Origin: an uncultured Candidatus Saccharibacteria bacterium | Lineage (GTDB): Bacteria > Patescibacteriota > Minisyncoccia > Phycocordibacterales > JACOZG01 | Length of the DNA: 64,000 nt | Reading direction: 5' to 3' | Assembly: GCA_964651115.1 (NCBI GenBank) | Contig: CAZYXJ010000001.1 | Location: 213,077-277,076, forward strand | Part shown: positions 28,572-38,910 of the stretch, one piece after another | Numbering within the stretch: position 1 is the first letter of the stretch | Layout of the letters: each line of letters starts with the position of its first letter | Notes under the pieces: generated by a model | What the model was told of the DNA's origin: nothing | The model's input: only the letters and a program-made list of their open reading frames with translations | Databases searched by the model: none | Position numbers and translations under genes: made by a program

Positions 28572-30302
28572 ATGGCCATCCCCTTCTTCTCTCATCTTTC
28601 AACCGAGCGGCAAAATGAGCTAGCCGCCGCCCTCCAAACTCTGCCTCCGGCGCGGCGGCGATTATTGGTTGGGCTCGGGGTGGTGCTCGTCGCCGCCGTC
28701 ATCGGACTTTTGTGGCAAATCAATAATCTGGTCTCGGTTGAGGTACCCAGCGCTGGCGGTTCGCTCCACGAAGGGATTGTGGGCACGCCGCGCTTCATTA
28801 ATCCTCTACTTGCCATCTCTGACGCCGACCGCGACCTAACCGCTCTAACTTATTCCGGACTAATGCGCGCCATGCCCGAGGGGGAACTAACTCCCGACCT
28901 CGCCGCTAGCCATCAGGTATCGGAAGATGGTTTAACTCATACTTTTATCTTGCGATCCGATCTCACCTGGCACGACGGCCAACCACTCACGGCCTCCGAC
29001 GTGGCCTTTACCATTGCCAAAGCCCAAGATCCGCTTCTGAAAAGTCCCCGCCGCCCCAACTGGGAAGGGGTGCGCGTAGAAGTCGTAAATGATCACGAAA
29101 TTAAGTTCCATCTTAAGGAGCGCTACCCCGCTTTCCTCGAAGTGGCGACAATGGGTATTCTGCCCCAACATCTCTGGTCTAACTTGGCCATCGATCAGTT
29201 TTCGTTTACCGACTTAAATAATTCCCCGGTCGGCTCTGGACCTTATCGCGTCACCAAAGTCACTCGCGACGACGACGGCATTCCGCGGGAGATGGAGCTT
29301 GCCGCCTTTAACAACTTTGCTCTGGGCCGACCTTATCTCCGACGGCTGATCATCACCTTTTATCCCACCGAAACCAGCTTGATTGAGGCCTATCAGCAAT
29401 CCGAGATCGAAAGTCTTAGCGCCATCTCGGCCTCGGCCGCCGCAGCCCTAGAAGAGGGTGGGGCGAATATTAAACATCTGCCCCTGCCGCGAGTTTTCGC
29501 CGTCTTCTTTAATCAAAACAAGTCTCAAGTCTTTACCCAAAAAGAGGTCCGCCTGGCGCTTTCGCAAGCCATTGATCGCCAAGCGTTAGTAGAAAAAATT
29601 CTACACGGTTACGGTCTACCGACGGCCGAACCTCTACCGACGGCTAACGCCAGCAGTACTCTCGTAGCTAGCAGTACCGACCCGCTAGCCCAAGCCCGCG
29701 CCACGCTCACCGCCGGCGGCTGGACTTGGAACGCCTCCTCAGAATCATGGAGCAAGAAAATCAAAAACGAGACGGTGCCACTGCGCTTTAATTTGGCGAC
29801 CGCCGAGACGCCTGAGTTGCGCGAGGCCGCCGAGTTCGTTAAGACCAGTTGGGAAAAGTTGGGCGTCACCGTCGACTTAAAAATTTACGAGCTCGGCGAT
29901 CTTAATCAAGACGTGATCCGACCACGCGAGTATGAAAGTTTGCTCTTTGGCCAAGTTTTGGGACGAGTGCCCGACCTAGCTTCGTTCTGGCATTCTTCCC
30001 AGCGACTTGATCCTGGACTAAACATCGCGCTGTACACCAACATCACCGTCGACAAATTGCTCGCCGAGATGCGCGCGACGCCGGACGAAGCGGAACGCGA
30101 AGAGCTTAATGCCCGCATCGCCAAAACGATTGCCGCGGACGTGCCGGCCGCCTTCTTGTACGCTCCGGACCTGGTGTATCTAGTGCCCGCGCGAATTAAA
30201 AATGTGTCTTTCCCCCAACCCAACACCGCGTCTGACCGCTTTGCCGCCATCCATACTTGGTATAGCGCTACCGATCGGATTTGGAAAATATTTAATCAGT
30301 AA
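28572..30302 (+). CDS. ABC transporter substrate-binding protein, family 5 (peptide/nickel type)
   Basis: 576 aa; N-terminal TM anchor; OppA/DppA-like SBP_bac_5 architecture. Confidence 0.7.
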   Translation: MAIPFFSHLSTERQNELAAALQTLPPARRRLLVGLGVVLVAAVIGLLWQINNLVSVEVPSAGGSLHEGIVGTPRFINPLLAISDADRDLTALTYSGLMRAMPEGELTPDLAASHQVSEDGLTHTFILRSDLTWHDGQPLTASDVAFTIAKAQDPLLKSPRRPNWEGVRVEVVNDHEIKFHLKERYPAFLEVATMGILPQHLWSNLAIDQFSFTDLNNSPVGSGPYRVTKVTRDDDGIPREMELAAFNNFALGRPYLRRLIITFYPTETSLIEAYQQSEIESLSAISASAAAALEEGGANIKHLPLPRVFAVFFNQNKSQVFTQKEVRLALSQAIDRQALVEKILHGYGLPTAEPLPTANASSTLVASSTDPLAQARATLTAGGWTWNASSESWSKKIKNETVPLRFNLATAETPELREAAEFVKTSWEKLGVTVDLKIYELGDLNQDVIRPREYESLLFGQVLGRVPDLASFWHSSQRLDPGLNIALYTNITVDKLLAEMRATPDEAEREELNARIAKTIAADVPAAFLYAPDLVYLVPARIKNVSFPQPNTASDRFAAIHTWYSATDRIWKIFNQ

Positions 30303-30317
30303 ATTAATTTAATTCTT

Positions 30318-32096
30318 ATGTCTACTCGCAATCGTCCTCCCCGTTCTGGCCGCAATGGTCGCGGTCCCCGCGCCCCCGAGCGTTCGCGCGCTGGCACCGG
30401 CACGGTGCCAGCGCTCATCCCCGGCAACGTCCGCATCATCACCTTGGGCGGCGTTGAGGAGATTGGCAAAAACATGACGGCCATCGAATTCGGTAACGAC
30501 ATTGTCGTCATCGACGCCGGCCTCCAATTCCCTGACGAAAATCAGCCGGGCGTTGATTACATTATTCCCGACACCACCTATCTCGAAGAAAATAAGGGTC
30601 GCATCCGCGGCATGATCGTCACTCACGGTCACCTCGATCACATCGGCGGCATTCCTTTCATCATGCCCAAGCTTGGCAATCCGACGCTTTACACCCGCAA
30701 CCTAACGGCGATCATGATTAAAAAACGGCAAGAAGAATTTGCTCACTTGCCCAAGTTCCCGATCGAGATTATCGAAAACGATAGTCGCATCCGACTCGGC
30801 GATTTGTCGATCCGCTTCTTTGGCGTCACTCACACCATCCCCGACTCAATGGGTATTATCGTCGAGACGCCCTACGGCGGCATTGTTTGCCCTGGCGACT
30901 TTAAACTCGAACACGAAGGCGGCGTGCCCAGCGAGCGCGAACTTAATTCCTACAAAATCTTTGACGACTATCCCGTCCTGGCGCTGATGGCCGACTCAAC
31001 CAACGTCGAAAACCCCGGCTTTTCCGTTCCGGAAAAAGAAGTTCACAAGGGCTTGGAAGAAATTATCAAAAACGTTTCGGGCCGCCTGGTGATCGGACTC
31101 TTTGCTTCTCAACTCGAACGCATCATCAAGGTCATCGAGATTGCGGAAAAATATGGCCGCCACATCGTCGTTGAGGGCCGCAGCATGAAGACCAATATTG
31201 AAGTGGCTCAACTGGCCGGCATGCTTAAGCCCAAGAAAGACACGATTATTCCCGCTCAAGAATCTGGCTCTTACCCCGATAACAAAATTTTAGTCCTGGC
31301 GACCGGCGCCCAAGGCGAGGAGTTTGCGGCTTTAATGCGCATGGCCACGGGCACTCACAAGGCCTTTAAGTTTAAGGCGGGCGACACTGTCGTGCTCTCC
31401 TCCTCGATCATCCCAGGCAACGAACGCACGGTAGAAAAACTCAAAGACAATATCGCCCGCCAAGGCGCCCGAATCGTCCACTACCGCAGTTCGGAAGTCT
31501 ACATCCACTCATCCGGTCACGGCAATCGCGGCGAAATTGAGTGGCTCCACAAAAAACTCAAGCCTCGCTTCCTCATCCCCGTTCACGGCAATCATTACCG
31601 TCTCCGCCTGCACGGCGAACTAGGAGTAGAAAACGGCATTCCGGAAGAGAACGTGGTCATCCCTGACGACGGCATGGTGATCGACATCGTTGATGATGGT
31701 CAGAAGATCACGCCACTTAAGCAAACCGCCTCGAGCAAGCTCGTGATGGTGGACGGCCTCGGAACCAACAACATCCAAGAAGTCGTCATCCGCGACCGCC
31801 AGATGCTCGCCCAAGATGGGATGTTTGTGATCATCGCCATCATCGATGTCAAAACTGGCAAGGTTCGCAAATCGCCCGACATCATCTCCCGCGGCTTTAT
31901 CTATCTCAAAGAATCACAAGATCTGTTGCGCCACGTCCGCATGGTCACAAAAAAGAAAATCGAGGAGGCCACCGCCCAGATGCATCCGATCAACTTTGAT
32001 TACGTTAAGAACGTCGTCCGCGAAGAAGTGGGTCGCTTCCTCTTCCAAAAAACTCATAATCGTCCAGTTATCCTCCCCGTCCTGATTGAGGTGTAG
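30318..32096 (+). CDS. rnj: ribonuclease J
   Basis: 592 aa; metallo-beta-lactamase HxHxDH motif (THGHLDHIGG), beta-CASP and C-terminal domains. Confidence 0.85.
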   Translation: MSTRNRPPRSGRNGRGPRAPERSRAGTGTVPALIPGNVRIITLGGVEEIGKNMTAIEFGNDIVVIDAGLQFPDENQPGVDYIIPDTTYLEENKGRIRGMIVTHGHLDHIGGIPFIMPKLGNPTLYTRNLTAIMIKKRQEEFAHLPKFPIEIIENDSRIRLGDLSIRFFGVTHTIPDSMGIIVETPYGGIVCPGDFKLEHEGGVPSERELNSYKIFDDYPVLALMADSTNVENPGFSVPEKEVHKGLEEIIKNVSGRLVIGLFASQLERIIKVIEIAEKYGRHIVVEGRSMKTNIEVAQLAGMLKPKKDTIIPAQESGSYPDNKILVLATGAQGEEFAALMRMATGTHKAFKFKAGDTVVLSSSIIPGNERTVEKLKDNIARQGARIVHYRSSEVYIHSSGHGNRGEIEWLHKKLKPRFLIPVHGNHYRLRLHGELGVENGIPEENVVIPDDGMVIDIVDDGQKITPLKQTASSKLVMVDGLGTNNIQEVVIRDRQMLAQDGMFVIIAIIDVKTGKVRKSPDIISRGFIYLKESQDLLRHVRMVTKKKIEEATAQMHPINFDYVKNVVREEVGRFLFQKTHNRPVILPVLIEV

Positions 32097-32119
32097 AGTA
32101 AGTGTAATATAATGAAAGG

Positions 32120-33301
32120 GTGACCTTAACACCCGCCACTAAACGACGTTTACGCTACGCGATTTATTTAGGTGGATTTTTTCTCAATGCCAGCTCGGCT
32201 CTGACGGCCTACATCAACTCCTCGTTCTTAAATCAATTCGCTCCAGAAAAATTTGTGGGGATCTTTTATGTGGTCGCCTCGCTCGTCAGTTTAATTGGCG
32301 CCATCGCGCTTACCGAGCTAGCCCACCGCCACGGACCAAGAAAAATTCTAGCCGGGCTAAGTGCCGTGGTAGCGGGGCTACTCTTGACTCTCACTCTCAC
32401 CAGCTCCGCCCTCATCTCAATTTTGGCGCTCTTGGCGTATCTGGTGACCTCCTATCTCTTGGCTATTACCCTCGACATCCAACTTGAGCAACTCTCAACC
32501 CATGCCATTACTGGACGGATCAGAGGTCTCTTTCTAACTCTCGTTAATCTGGCCTGGCTACTCTCGCCACTCTTAGCCACCTACCTAGTCGGCAAAAACG
32601 GTTTTAGCAGTGTCTATCTAATCTCTTTTGCCGCCCTGCTCCCCTTGCTCATTTGGGCCACTACCGCGACCAAAACAAAAAATCCCCGTCACGAGCGCTT
32701 TACCTTACTTAAAACTCTGCGCCGGATCAGCTTTGGCAAAACCGCCAAAGCCAGCGCTCTGCGTCGCATCCTAGTAGTGGATCTGGCACTTAACTTTTTC
32801 TACGCCACAATGGTGATCTATACTCCAATCTTTCTCAACCGCGTCCTCGGCTTTGACTGGCTGACCATCGGCAAAATTTTCACCATCATGCTCCTCCCCT
32901 TTGTCCTGATCGATTTCGTCCTGGGCCAAATTGCCGATACTACACTCGGAGAAAAAGAATTGTTGCTTATTGGTCTAGGAGTCGCGGGCGTCAGCACTGG
33001 CAGTCTCGCCTTCTTAACCACCAATTCTGCGTTTGTGTGGGCCGTCATGCTCTTTGCCACTCGAGTCGGAGCAGCCACGATTGAAATGATGAAGGAATCT
33101 TATCTCTTTAAACAAATTGACGGCGGCGACATTAACACCATCTTTCTCTCACGCGCCACCTACCCGCTGGCTTACATTATTGCTCCGGTCCTCGCCACCG
33201 CCGCTCTCTTGGTGATGCCACTTCAAAATCTTTACTTTGGTCTGGGACTAGTCCTGCTCGCAATGATCCCCGTCGCCAGCAAACTTAAGGATACGCGCTA
33301 A
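32120..33301 (+). CDS. MFS transporter
   Basis: 393 aa with about 12 predicted TM helices in a 6+6 arrangement. Confidence 0.65.
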   Translation: MTLTPATKRRLRYAIYLGGFFLNASSALTAYINSSFLNQFAPEKFVGIFYVVASLVSLIGAIALTELAHRHGPRKILAGLSAVVAGLLLTLTLTSSALISILALLAYLVTSYLLAITLDIQLEQLSTHAITGRIRGLFLTLVNLAWLLSPLLATYLVGKNGFSSVYLISFAALLPLLIWATTATKTKNPRHERFTLLKTLRRISFGKTAKASALRRILVVDLALNFFYATMVIYTPIFLNRVLGFDWLTIGKIFTIMLLPFVLIDFVLGQIADTTLGEKELLLIGLGVAGVSTGSLAFLTTNSAFVWAVMLFATRVGAATIEMMKESYLFKQIDGGDINTIFLSRATYPLAYIIAPVLATAALLVMPLQNLYFGLGLVLLAMIPVASKLKDTR

Positions 33302-33829
33302 TTTTTACAAAAAGAAAACCCCGCCGTTAGCTACGCGCGGGGACCTCAATTGAGGATTTCTGCGGGCCTTAACATATAAATGAGCAACGATATCCAGACC
33401 CAACGTTCTCGTCGCCCAGAGAGATTCGATTCTCGATTTGACTCACTCCTCGACTGATTCTGGTTATAATCTCTCAAATTACCCAGATAAGCCGAAGAGT
33501 AAAGATTGATTGAAATGAACTAATCCTTTTTAATGAACTGGCGCGGACAATCAACCAAACTCCACGACAGGCATCGATTCAACGATCCTCGCGCTCCTCT
33601 CTCGCTAGCTACTAATCGATCACAATCTCACTAGCGAGACTACAGGAGAAGATAACTACCGACGCGATTTGTCAGACTTACTTGGGACTAAGCCCTTCCG
33701 ATACGATGCAAGCAGTTCCGCTGACCTGAGGAACCTGCACCCCATTTCAACCTGCCACCATCATAGCACATACAAAAATCCTGTCAAGTATTTTTAGTAC
33801 TTTAACAATAAAACGGCCAAGTTGAGCCA

Positions 33830-36793
33830 TTATTTCATCATTCGGCTGAGGCGGCAGCCCAAACAATCCTTTTCACCACAGCCCCGCTTAACAAATTCGC
33901 CCGACACGATCTCCCCCGTCACCCGATCAAGCAGGTCACGGACCGTCGCCTCATCGGCAGGCGGAATTTCGAAAGCTTCGCGCTTAAATTTTCCACTCTC
34001 ACTCGGCTCCACAAAATCCACCATCGCGCTAGCCACCTTAAAGCGTCCGCGCTCGCACTCTTCGATCAAAATTTTATAGAACACCAACTGACGATAAATA
34101 TCTCCCGTCGAATTTTTGGTCGTACCTAAAATTTCGTTACGACTCTTGGGCGACATTGTTTTATAGTCCACGATCTGTACCGTCTCGGGACTCAGAAATT
34201 CGATCTTATCGATCTTGCCCACCAATTTGAGATCGGGCGTGAGATGACAACCCGGAACTTTATACTCGTTAAGAATCGATCGCGGCCAGCCGCCGACTGG
34301 CGAAGTAGACCAAGTTTGAAACCAGCCAGCCAGCGCTTCTCTACCCCGCACCTGCGCCGCCGCCAAATCTCTTTCCGAAAAAGCTTCATGCTGAACCAGA
34401 CGCTCAAAACTGGCCAACAACGATTCGACGGTCACCTCACCGCCCTCACGATAACGATTAAAAAAAACTTCGAGCGTCCCGTGGATCGCCGTACCATACA
34501 TGGTATGACGATTGCGGATCTGGATCACCCGCAACAAATTAGTAAATAAATAATCAAGCGGGCAGCGCAAATAATTATTTAACCCCGTCGCCGAGAGACC
34601 CTGCTCGCGAAAGCGGCCCGCCAAATAAGCCGGATCAAAAATTGACGCCCCCTGATATTGCCGCGGTGTAAAAATCAAATTGCACTCGGGACGCACCTGG
34701 CTCTCCCACTCCGCCATCGGCTCAAACACCAAGCGCTCCGGATCCAACTCCTCAATAAACTGGCTCGGCAAAAGTGGCCGCCCATCCGATCCCTCAGATG
34801 AGTAACTGAGCGCGACAGCCAAACGCGCGCGAGTGAGCGCCACGTAAAAAAGGCGGCGCTCATCCTCCACCGGATCGGCGGCCGTTGGCACGCCCGCGCG
34901 CGTCGGGATCTTAAAGTATTGCGGCGAACGACGACTCCCCCAACCATTATCCGAAACCCCGATCACGTAGACGTAATCAAACTCCAAACCCTTGGACTTG
35001 TGCGCCGTCATCAACTCCACACCGCTTTGGCCTGCCTCCTGACGAGTCTTGATCCCGCGATGATGCGTCGCCAAACGATTAAGAAATTGAATAAAGTCCG
35101 CCAACCTAAAATTATGATTACTCCGCGAGAGCGCCACCCCCTCGTCGTAGAGCGCGTGTAATTTGCTCAACACCTCCTGGGCTTCGGGCAAACCCAAAAC
35201 ATGCTCCAAATAACCCGACTCCCGCACCACCACCGCGTACAAATCCAAAAAACTCTGATTGGCGGCCAAGCGGGCCCAGCGCTCCAACTTCTGCGACCAA
35301 GATTTTAATTTTTTCTTACGGCTGGTCCGCAAGCGCTGCCAGAGCGAACCGCCGGTCGCCTCCTCCCGCAGGGCATAAATTTCTAGAATATCCACTGCCA
35401 CAAAATCGAGATGCAAAAACTCCAGCAACAAGCGATCATCACCAAAACCATTAATCGCTCGCAAGAGAACAATTAATTTTTGCACCTCAATATCTTCTAA
35501 AATATTAGAGTCGGAACGGACCACGAAAGGGACTCCCGCCCGCTCAAAATAATCAATGATCGGTAGCGAGTCGCCATTAGTGCGATAAAGCACGGCCAAC
35601 TGCTCCGGCGGCACACCGGCGGCCAGCTTTGACTTAACCTCTTCTACTAGGTACAACAATTCGTGAGCGGGTTTAGTAAAGGATCTAACTTTAATCGGCA
35701 GGGACGCTCGCTCGGAGCGCGCCACCAGGGGCGACAAACTCTCAGCCGGCAAAGCCTGACTCTTGCTGATCACACTCTGGGCCGCATCCAAAATAAGCTG
35801 GGTCGAACGATAATTATCCGTTAACGTAATTAGCGTCGCTTGAGGAAAAAGTTTTTTAAAATAATTAAAATTATCCAGCGAGGCGCCTTGAAATTGGAAG
35901 ATGGCCTGCTTCTCATCGCCGACAATAAACAAGTTGGGCTGATCGTGGAAACTAGACAGCAGTTCCAACAAACGATTTTGTGACTGATTGGCATCCTGGT
36001 GCTCGTCAGCCAGCACATATTGATATTCTTCTTGAATCTGCAGACGGAAGTCGCTGTCTTCGCCAAGAGCGCGATTAACCTCTAGCAACATATCGCCAAA
36101 ATCGTAGAGACGACGGGTGGCCAACTTGGTTTCGTAAGCCGTGTAAAGTCGGACTAGCTCCTCAGCTTTGGTAATATTGGTCCGCAAAACTTGATACTTA
36201 CCCTTAATCTGGCCCGCGTAGGCCCCTTTCTCGTGACGCAAATCCGGCACGCTCTCGAGCGCCTTCTGCTCGAGCTCAACAATCGCGCGCAGGTCGTCGG
36301 GGCTGACATTTTCGCGCTTGAGTCGATCAATTTCTTGCTGGACCGGAAAGAGATAGTGGAATTGGTCGCCATAGGGTCGGAGGAGCGAGAGATCGCTCTC
36401 CAAAATTGCCTCCTCCAAAATCTGAATCTGATCAATCGGTAAAGCATTGATCGCTCCCACAATACGTGGGAATTTTTCGGGATAACGTCTAATCAACTCG
36501 TTAGCAAAACTATGGAAGGTGTGAATGGGGATCCGGTAGGCGCGACTGCCCACCAACGACACCAGTCGCCGGCGCATCGCGTGGGCGCCGGCATTAGTAA
36601 AAGTTAGCGCCAAGATCGCGTCGGCGGGCGTGTCGGTCTGACGCAAAATGTTGGCGATCCGCAGAGTTAACACTTGAGTCTTGCCCGTGCCAGGACCAGC
36701 CACCACCATCACCGGACCCTCAATCAGATCAACGGCCCGACGTTGAGCGGGATTAAGACGTTGATAGTGTTGCTCAAATTGATCCACCGACAT
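33830..36793 (-). CDS. UvrD/PcrA-type ATP-dependent DNA helicase with C-terminal PD-(D/E)xK (RecB/Cas4-like, Cys-cluster) nuclease domain
   Basis: 987 aa; Walker A AGPGTGKTQVLT; UvrD motifs; C-terminal nuclease with Cys cluster (CGEKDCLGC); AddA-like architecture with no AddB partner in the window. Confidence 0.75.
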   Translation of the reverse strand: MSVDQFEQHYQRLNPAQRRAVDLIEGPVMVVAGPGTGKTQVLTLRIANILRQTDTPADAILALTFTNAGAHAMRRRLVSLVGSRAYRIPIHTFHSFANELIRRYPEKFPRIVGAINALPIDQIQILEEAILESDLSLLRPYGDQFHYLFPVQQEIDRLKRENVSPDDLRAIVELEQKALESVPDLRHEKGAYAGQIKGKYQVLRTNITKAEELVRLYTAYETKLATRRLYDFGDMLLEVNRALGEDSDFRLQIQEEYQYVLADEHQDANQSQNRLLELLSSFHDQPNLFIVGDEKQAIFQFQGASLDNFNYFKKLFPQATLITLTDNYRSTQLILDAAQSVISKSQALPAESLSPLVARSERASLPIKVRSFTKPAHELLYLVEEVKSKLAAGVPPEQLAVLYRTNGDSLPIIDYFERAGVPFVVRSDSNILEDIEVQKLIVLLRAINGFGDDRLLLEFLHLDFVAVDILEIYALREEATGGSLWQRLRTSRKKKLKSWSQKLERWARLAANQSFLDLYAVVVRESGYLEHVLGLPEAQEVLSKLHALYDEGVALSRSNHNFRLADFIQFLNRLATHHRGIKTRQEAGQSGVELMTAHKSKGLEFDYVYVIGVSDNGWGSRRSPQYFKIPTRAGVPTAADPVEDERRLFYVALTRARLAVALSYSSEGSDGRPLLPSQFIEELDPERLVFEPMAEWESQVRPECNLIFTPRQYQGASIFDPAYLAGRFREQGLSATGLNNYLRCPLDYLFTNLLRVIQIRNRHTMYGTAIHGTLEVFFNRYREGGEVTVESLLASFERLVQHEAFSERDLAAAQVRGREALAGWFQTWSTSPVGGWPRSILNEYKVPGCHLTPDLKLVGKIDKIEFLSPETVQIVDYKTMSPKSRNEILGTTKNSTGDIYRQLVFYKILIEECERGRFKVASAMVDFVEPSESGKFKREAFEIPPADEATVRDLLDRVTGEIVSGEFVKRGCGEKDCLGCRLSRMMK

Positions 36794-36827
36794 TGCCCGG
36801 ATTATACCATTTGCTATAGTCTAAGAT

Positions 36828-37280
36828 ATGACGCTACACGAAACGATTAAAAACGCCATTAAAGAGGCGATGAAGGAGAAGAACTCGGTTAAGCTCACGG
36901 TTATCCGTGGCTTGATCTCGGCCTTTATGAACGAGGCCGTCACCAAGGGTTACAAGCCCGACCAGATCCTCACTGACGAAGAGGCCATCGCCGTCATCAA
37001 GCGACTAGCCAAGCAACGCAAAGACGCCATCGCCCAATTTACCGCCGGTGGCCGAAGTGACTTAGCAGAGAGCGAACAGGCCGAACTCGCCTACGTCGAA
37101 ACCTACTTACCAGCCACCATGCCTCGCGAAGAAATTAAAAAAGTGGCCGAAGGCGTAATCGCCGCCACGGGCGCCACTAAAGCTGACCTAGGCAAGGTGA
37201 TTGGCGCCGTCGTCAAAGAGACCCGCGGCCAAGCCGACGGCGCGGACGTCAAAGCGGTGGTGGAGGAACTCTTAAAATAG
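36828..37280 (+). CDS. GatB/YqeY domain protein
   Basis: 150 aa; typical YqeY N-terminus and family length. Confidence 0.7.
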   Translation: MTLHETIKNAIKEAMKEKNSVKLTVIRGLISAFMNEAVTKGYKPDQILTDEEAIAVIKRLAKQRKDAIAQFTAGGRSDLAESEQAELAYVETYLPATMPREEIKKVAEGVIAATGATKADLGKVIGAVVKETRGQADGADVKAVVEELLK

Positions 37281-37291
37281 TTTTTAAAAAA

Positions 37292-37312
37292 CCTTGGCCA
37301 ATTCGGCCAAGG
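37292..37312. terminator. bidirectional rho-independent terminator
   Basis: ccttggcc-aattc-ggccaagg hairpin flanked by A and T runs between convergent genes. Confidence 0.45.
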
Positions 37313-37320
37313 TTTAAGGT

Positions 37321-38004
37321 CTAAGCGGTGGGAACGGGAATCGCGGTAACGTCACGAAAGCGGAGGATGCTAGAACTATGATCCCAACCACACCCGACGT
37401 CTTCAAGGTCGATACTATCCCGGCCCAGCTCGCCCGCATCAAAATGGCGAGATAGCGATGGCACCAAATGGCCCTGAACAGGATGTTGATACAGACGCTC
37501 CTTCTTATCAAAAGAGGTCCAGAATAACATCCTAGGAAAATCCCTTCGACACTTCTGCCAGATAATGGCGATCCCCTGAATGCCAGTAAGAAGACCATTC
37601 TTACCAGAAGCCAGCTCCAGGCACTCCTCAAATCCCATCACCCGACGCGGCTTAATGTCAAAAACATCCACCTCGTAGGCGTGGCCGGGAATGAGACGAT
37701 GACTCGGCTCACGGTAATGTTCGTCACCAATTACCTCTTTTGAACACAGAAACAAACTATTGGGCAACTTCGACAGAGCCGTAGCGTGTTCGTAATCGAC
37801 ATCGACAACGAAAGAGAGGGTGAGGCGTAAATAAAAAGGCGGACCGTCAAAACGCCAATCACCAATGAATTTCGCCACCACATCACCGAGTCCGGGAGCA
37901 TTGTTGACACGCTCGGCCTCGTCTTTGGACAGACGGGCCTTGTTGTAAGCCTCTGCCACCAGCTTAAGGAACTGGCGGCCTTCGGGACCGTCGGCCTGAA
38001 CCAT
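37321..38004 (-). CDS. hypothetical protein
   Basis: 227 aa; no recognisable domain. Confidence 0.4.
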   Translation of the reverse strand: MVQADGPEGRQFLKLVAEAYNKARLSKDEAERVNNAPGLGDVVAKFIGDWRFDGPPFYLRLTLSFVVDVDYEHATALSKLPNSLFLCSKEVIGDEHYREPSHRLIPGHAYEVDVFDIKPRRVMGFEECLELASGKNGLLTGIQGIAIIWQKCRRDFPRMLFWTSFDKKERLYQHPVQGHLVPSLSRHFDAGELGRDSIDLEDVGCGWDHSSSILRFRDVTAIPVPTA

Positions 38005-38217
38005 CGAAATTACCTCCTTTTATGAAGATCTGTTTTGGTTAATTTACCTGATTTGACCCGTTAAATTTATATTATATATAATCTTAACTGTCAACATAAG
38101 AGCGATAGCGAACGATATATCTCTTTACGTGCGGTCAAATTCGGCAAGCTTTTTTAAGCACTGAAGAACGGCTGACTCACGTTGATAAAAGATGATTTTT
38201 AAAGTAGAGTTAGCCAC

Positions 38218-38910
38218 ATGAAGGATCCGGGAACTCAGCGGCTTAATAAACGTCTGGCCGCTGATGGCTTGGCCAGCCGTCGCGAAGCTGATGAGCTAAT
38301 CACGAAGGGTTTGGTGTGGGTCAATGGCCAGAGGGCGGCGCTCGGCCAACAGGTCGCCGCCGGCGACCAAATAGAAGTGCGCCGCCCCGACCCCACTTAC
38401 CACTACGCGCTCTACCACAAGCCGCGCGGCGAAGAAATGAAGGAGGTCTACGCCTGGCAAGGCGCCCAGCTCCAAGCGCTTGGCCGACTCGACAAAGAGT
38501 CGCGCGGTCTGCTCCTGCTCTCCGACGATCGTCGCCTCTCCGCCCGTCTACTTGATCCAGAACATGGCCACCCCCGAGAATACGTTGTTGAAGTCGACAA
38601 ACATCTCTCACCCTCCTTCGCCCGCCTCCTCTCCGCCGGCATCGACATCGAAGGTTACCACACCCAACCAGCGGAGGTGACAATCCTCGACGACCGCACT
38701 TTTAAAATCATCATGCGCGAAGGAAAAAAACATCAGATCCGCCGAATGTGTTCTGCCCTCGGCTTCCAAGTCACTGACCTACTTCGCACCCGCATCTCCA
38801 ACCTGCGACTAGGCAACCAAAAACCGGGCTCTGCGCGAGAGCTCCGGCCAGTGGAAAAAACTAAACTGTTAGAGACGTTGGGTCTTACTCAATCTCGTAG
38901 CGAAGAGTAA
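38218..38910 (+). CDS. S4-domain pseudouridine synthase (RsuA/RluB family)
   Basis: 230 aa; N-terminal S4 RNA-binding motif (RLNKRLAADGLASRREADELI) and an RsuA-type catalytic domain. Confidence 0.75.
   Translation: MKDPGTQRLNKRLAADGLASRREADELITKGLVWVNGQRAALGQQVAAGDQIEVRRPDPTYHYALYHKPRGEEMKEVYAWQGAQLQALGRLDKESRGLLLLSDDRRLSARLLDPEHGHPREYVVEVDKHLSPSFARLLSAGIDIEGYHTQPAEVTILDDRTFKIIMREGKKHQIRRMCSALGFQVTDLLRTRISNLRLGNQKPGSARELRPVEKTKLLETLGLTQSRSEE

Noticed and set aside
33302-33829. RNase P RNA, SRP RNA or tmRNA in the 530-bp gap
   Set aside because: None of the conserved hallmark motifs (RNase P P4 GGAAAGTCCGG-like, SRP domain IV GGAA/AGCAG pair, tmRNA tRNA-like end) could be recognised by eye. 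It is left as an open candidate only.
38316-38683. Pro/Arg-rich ORFs on both strands within 38.3-38.7 kb
   Set aside because: They are contained in the high-GC pseudouridine synthase gene and are typical alternative-frame artefacts.
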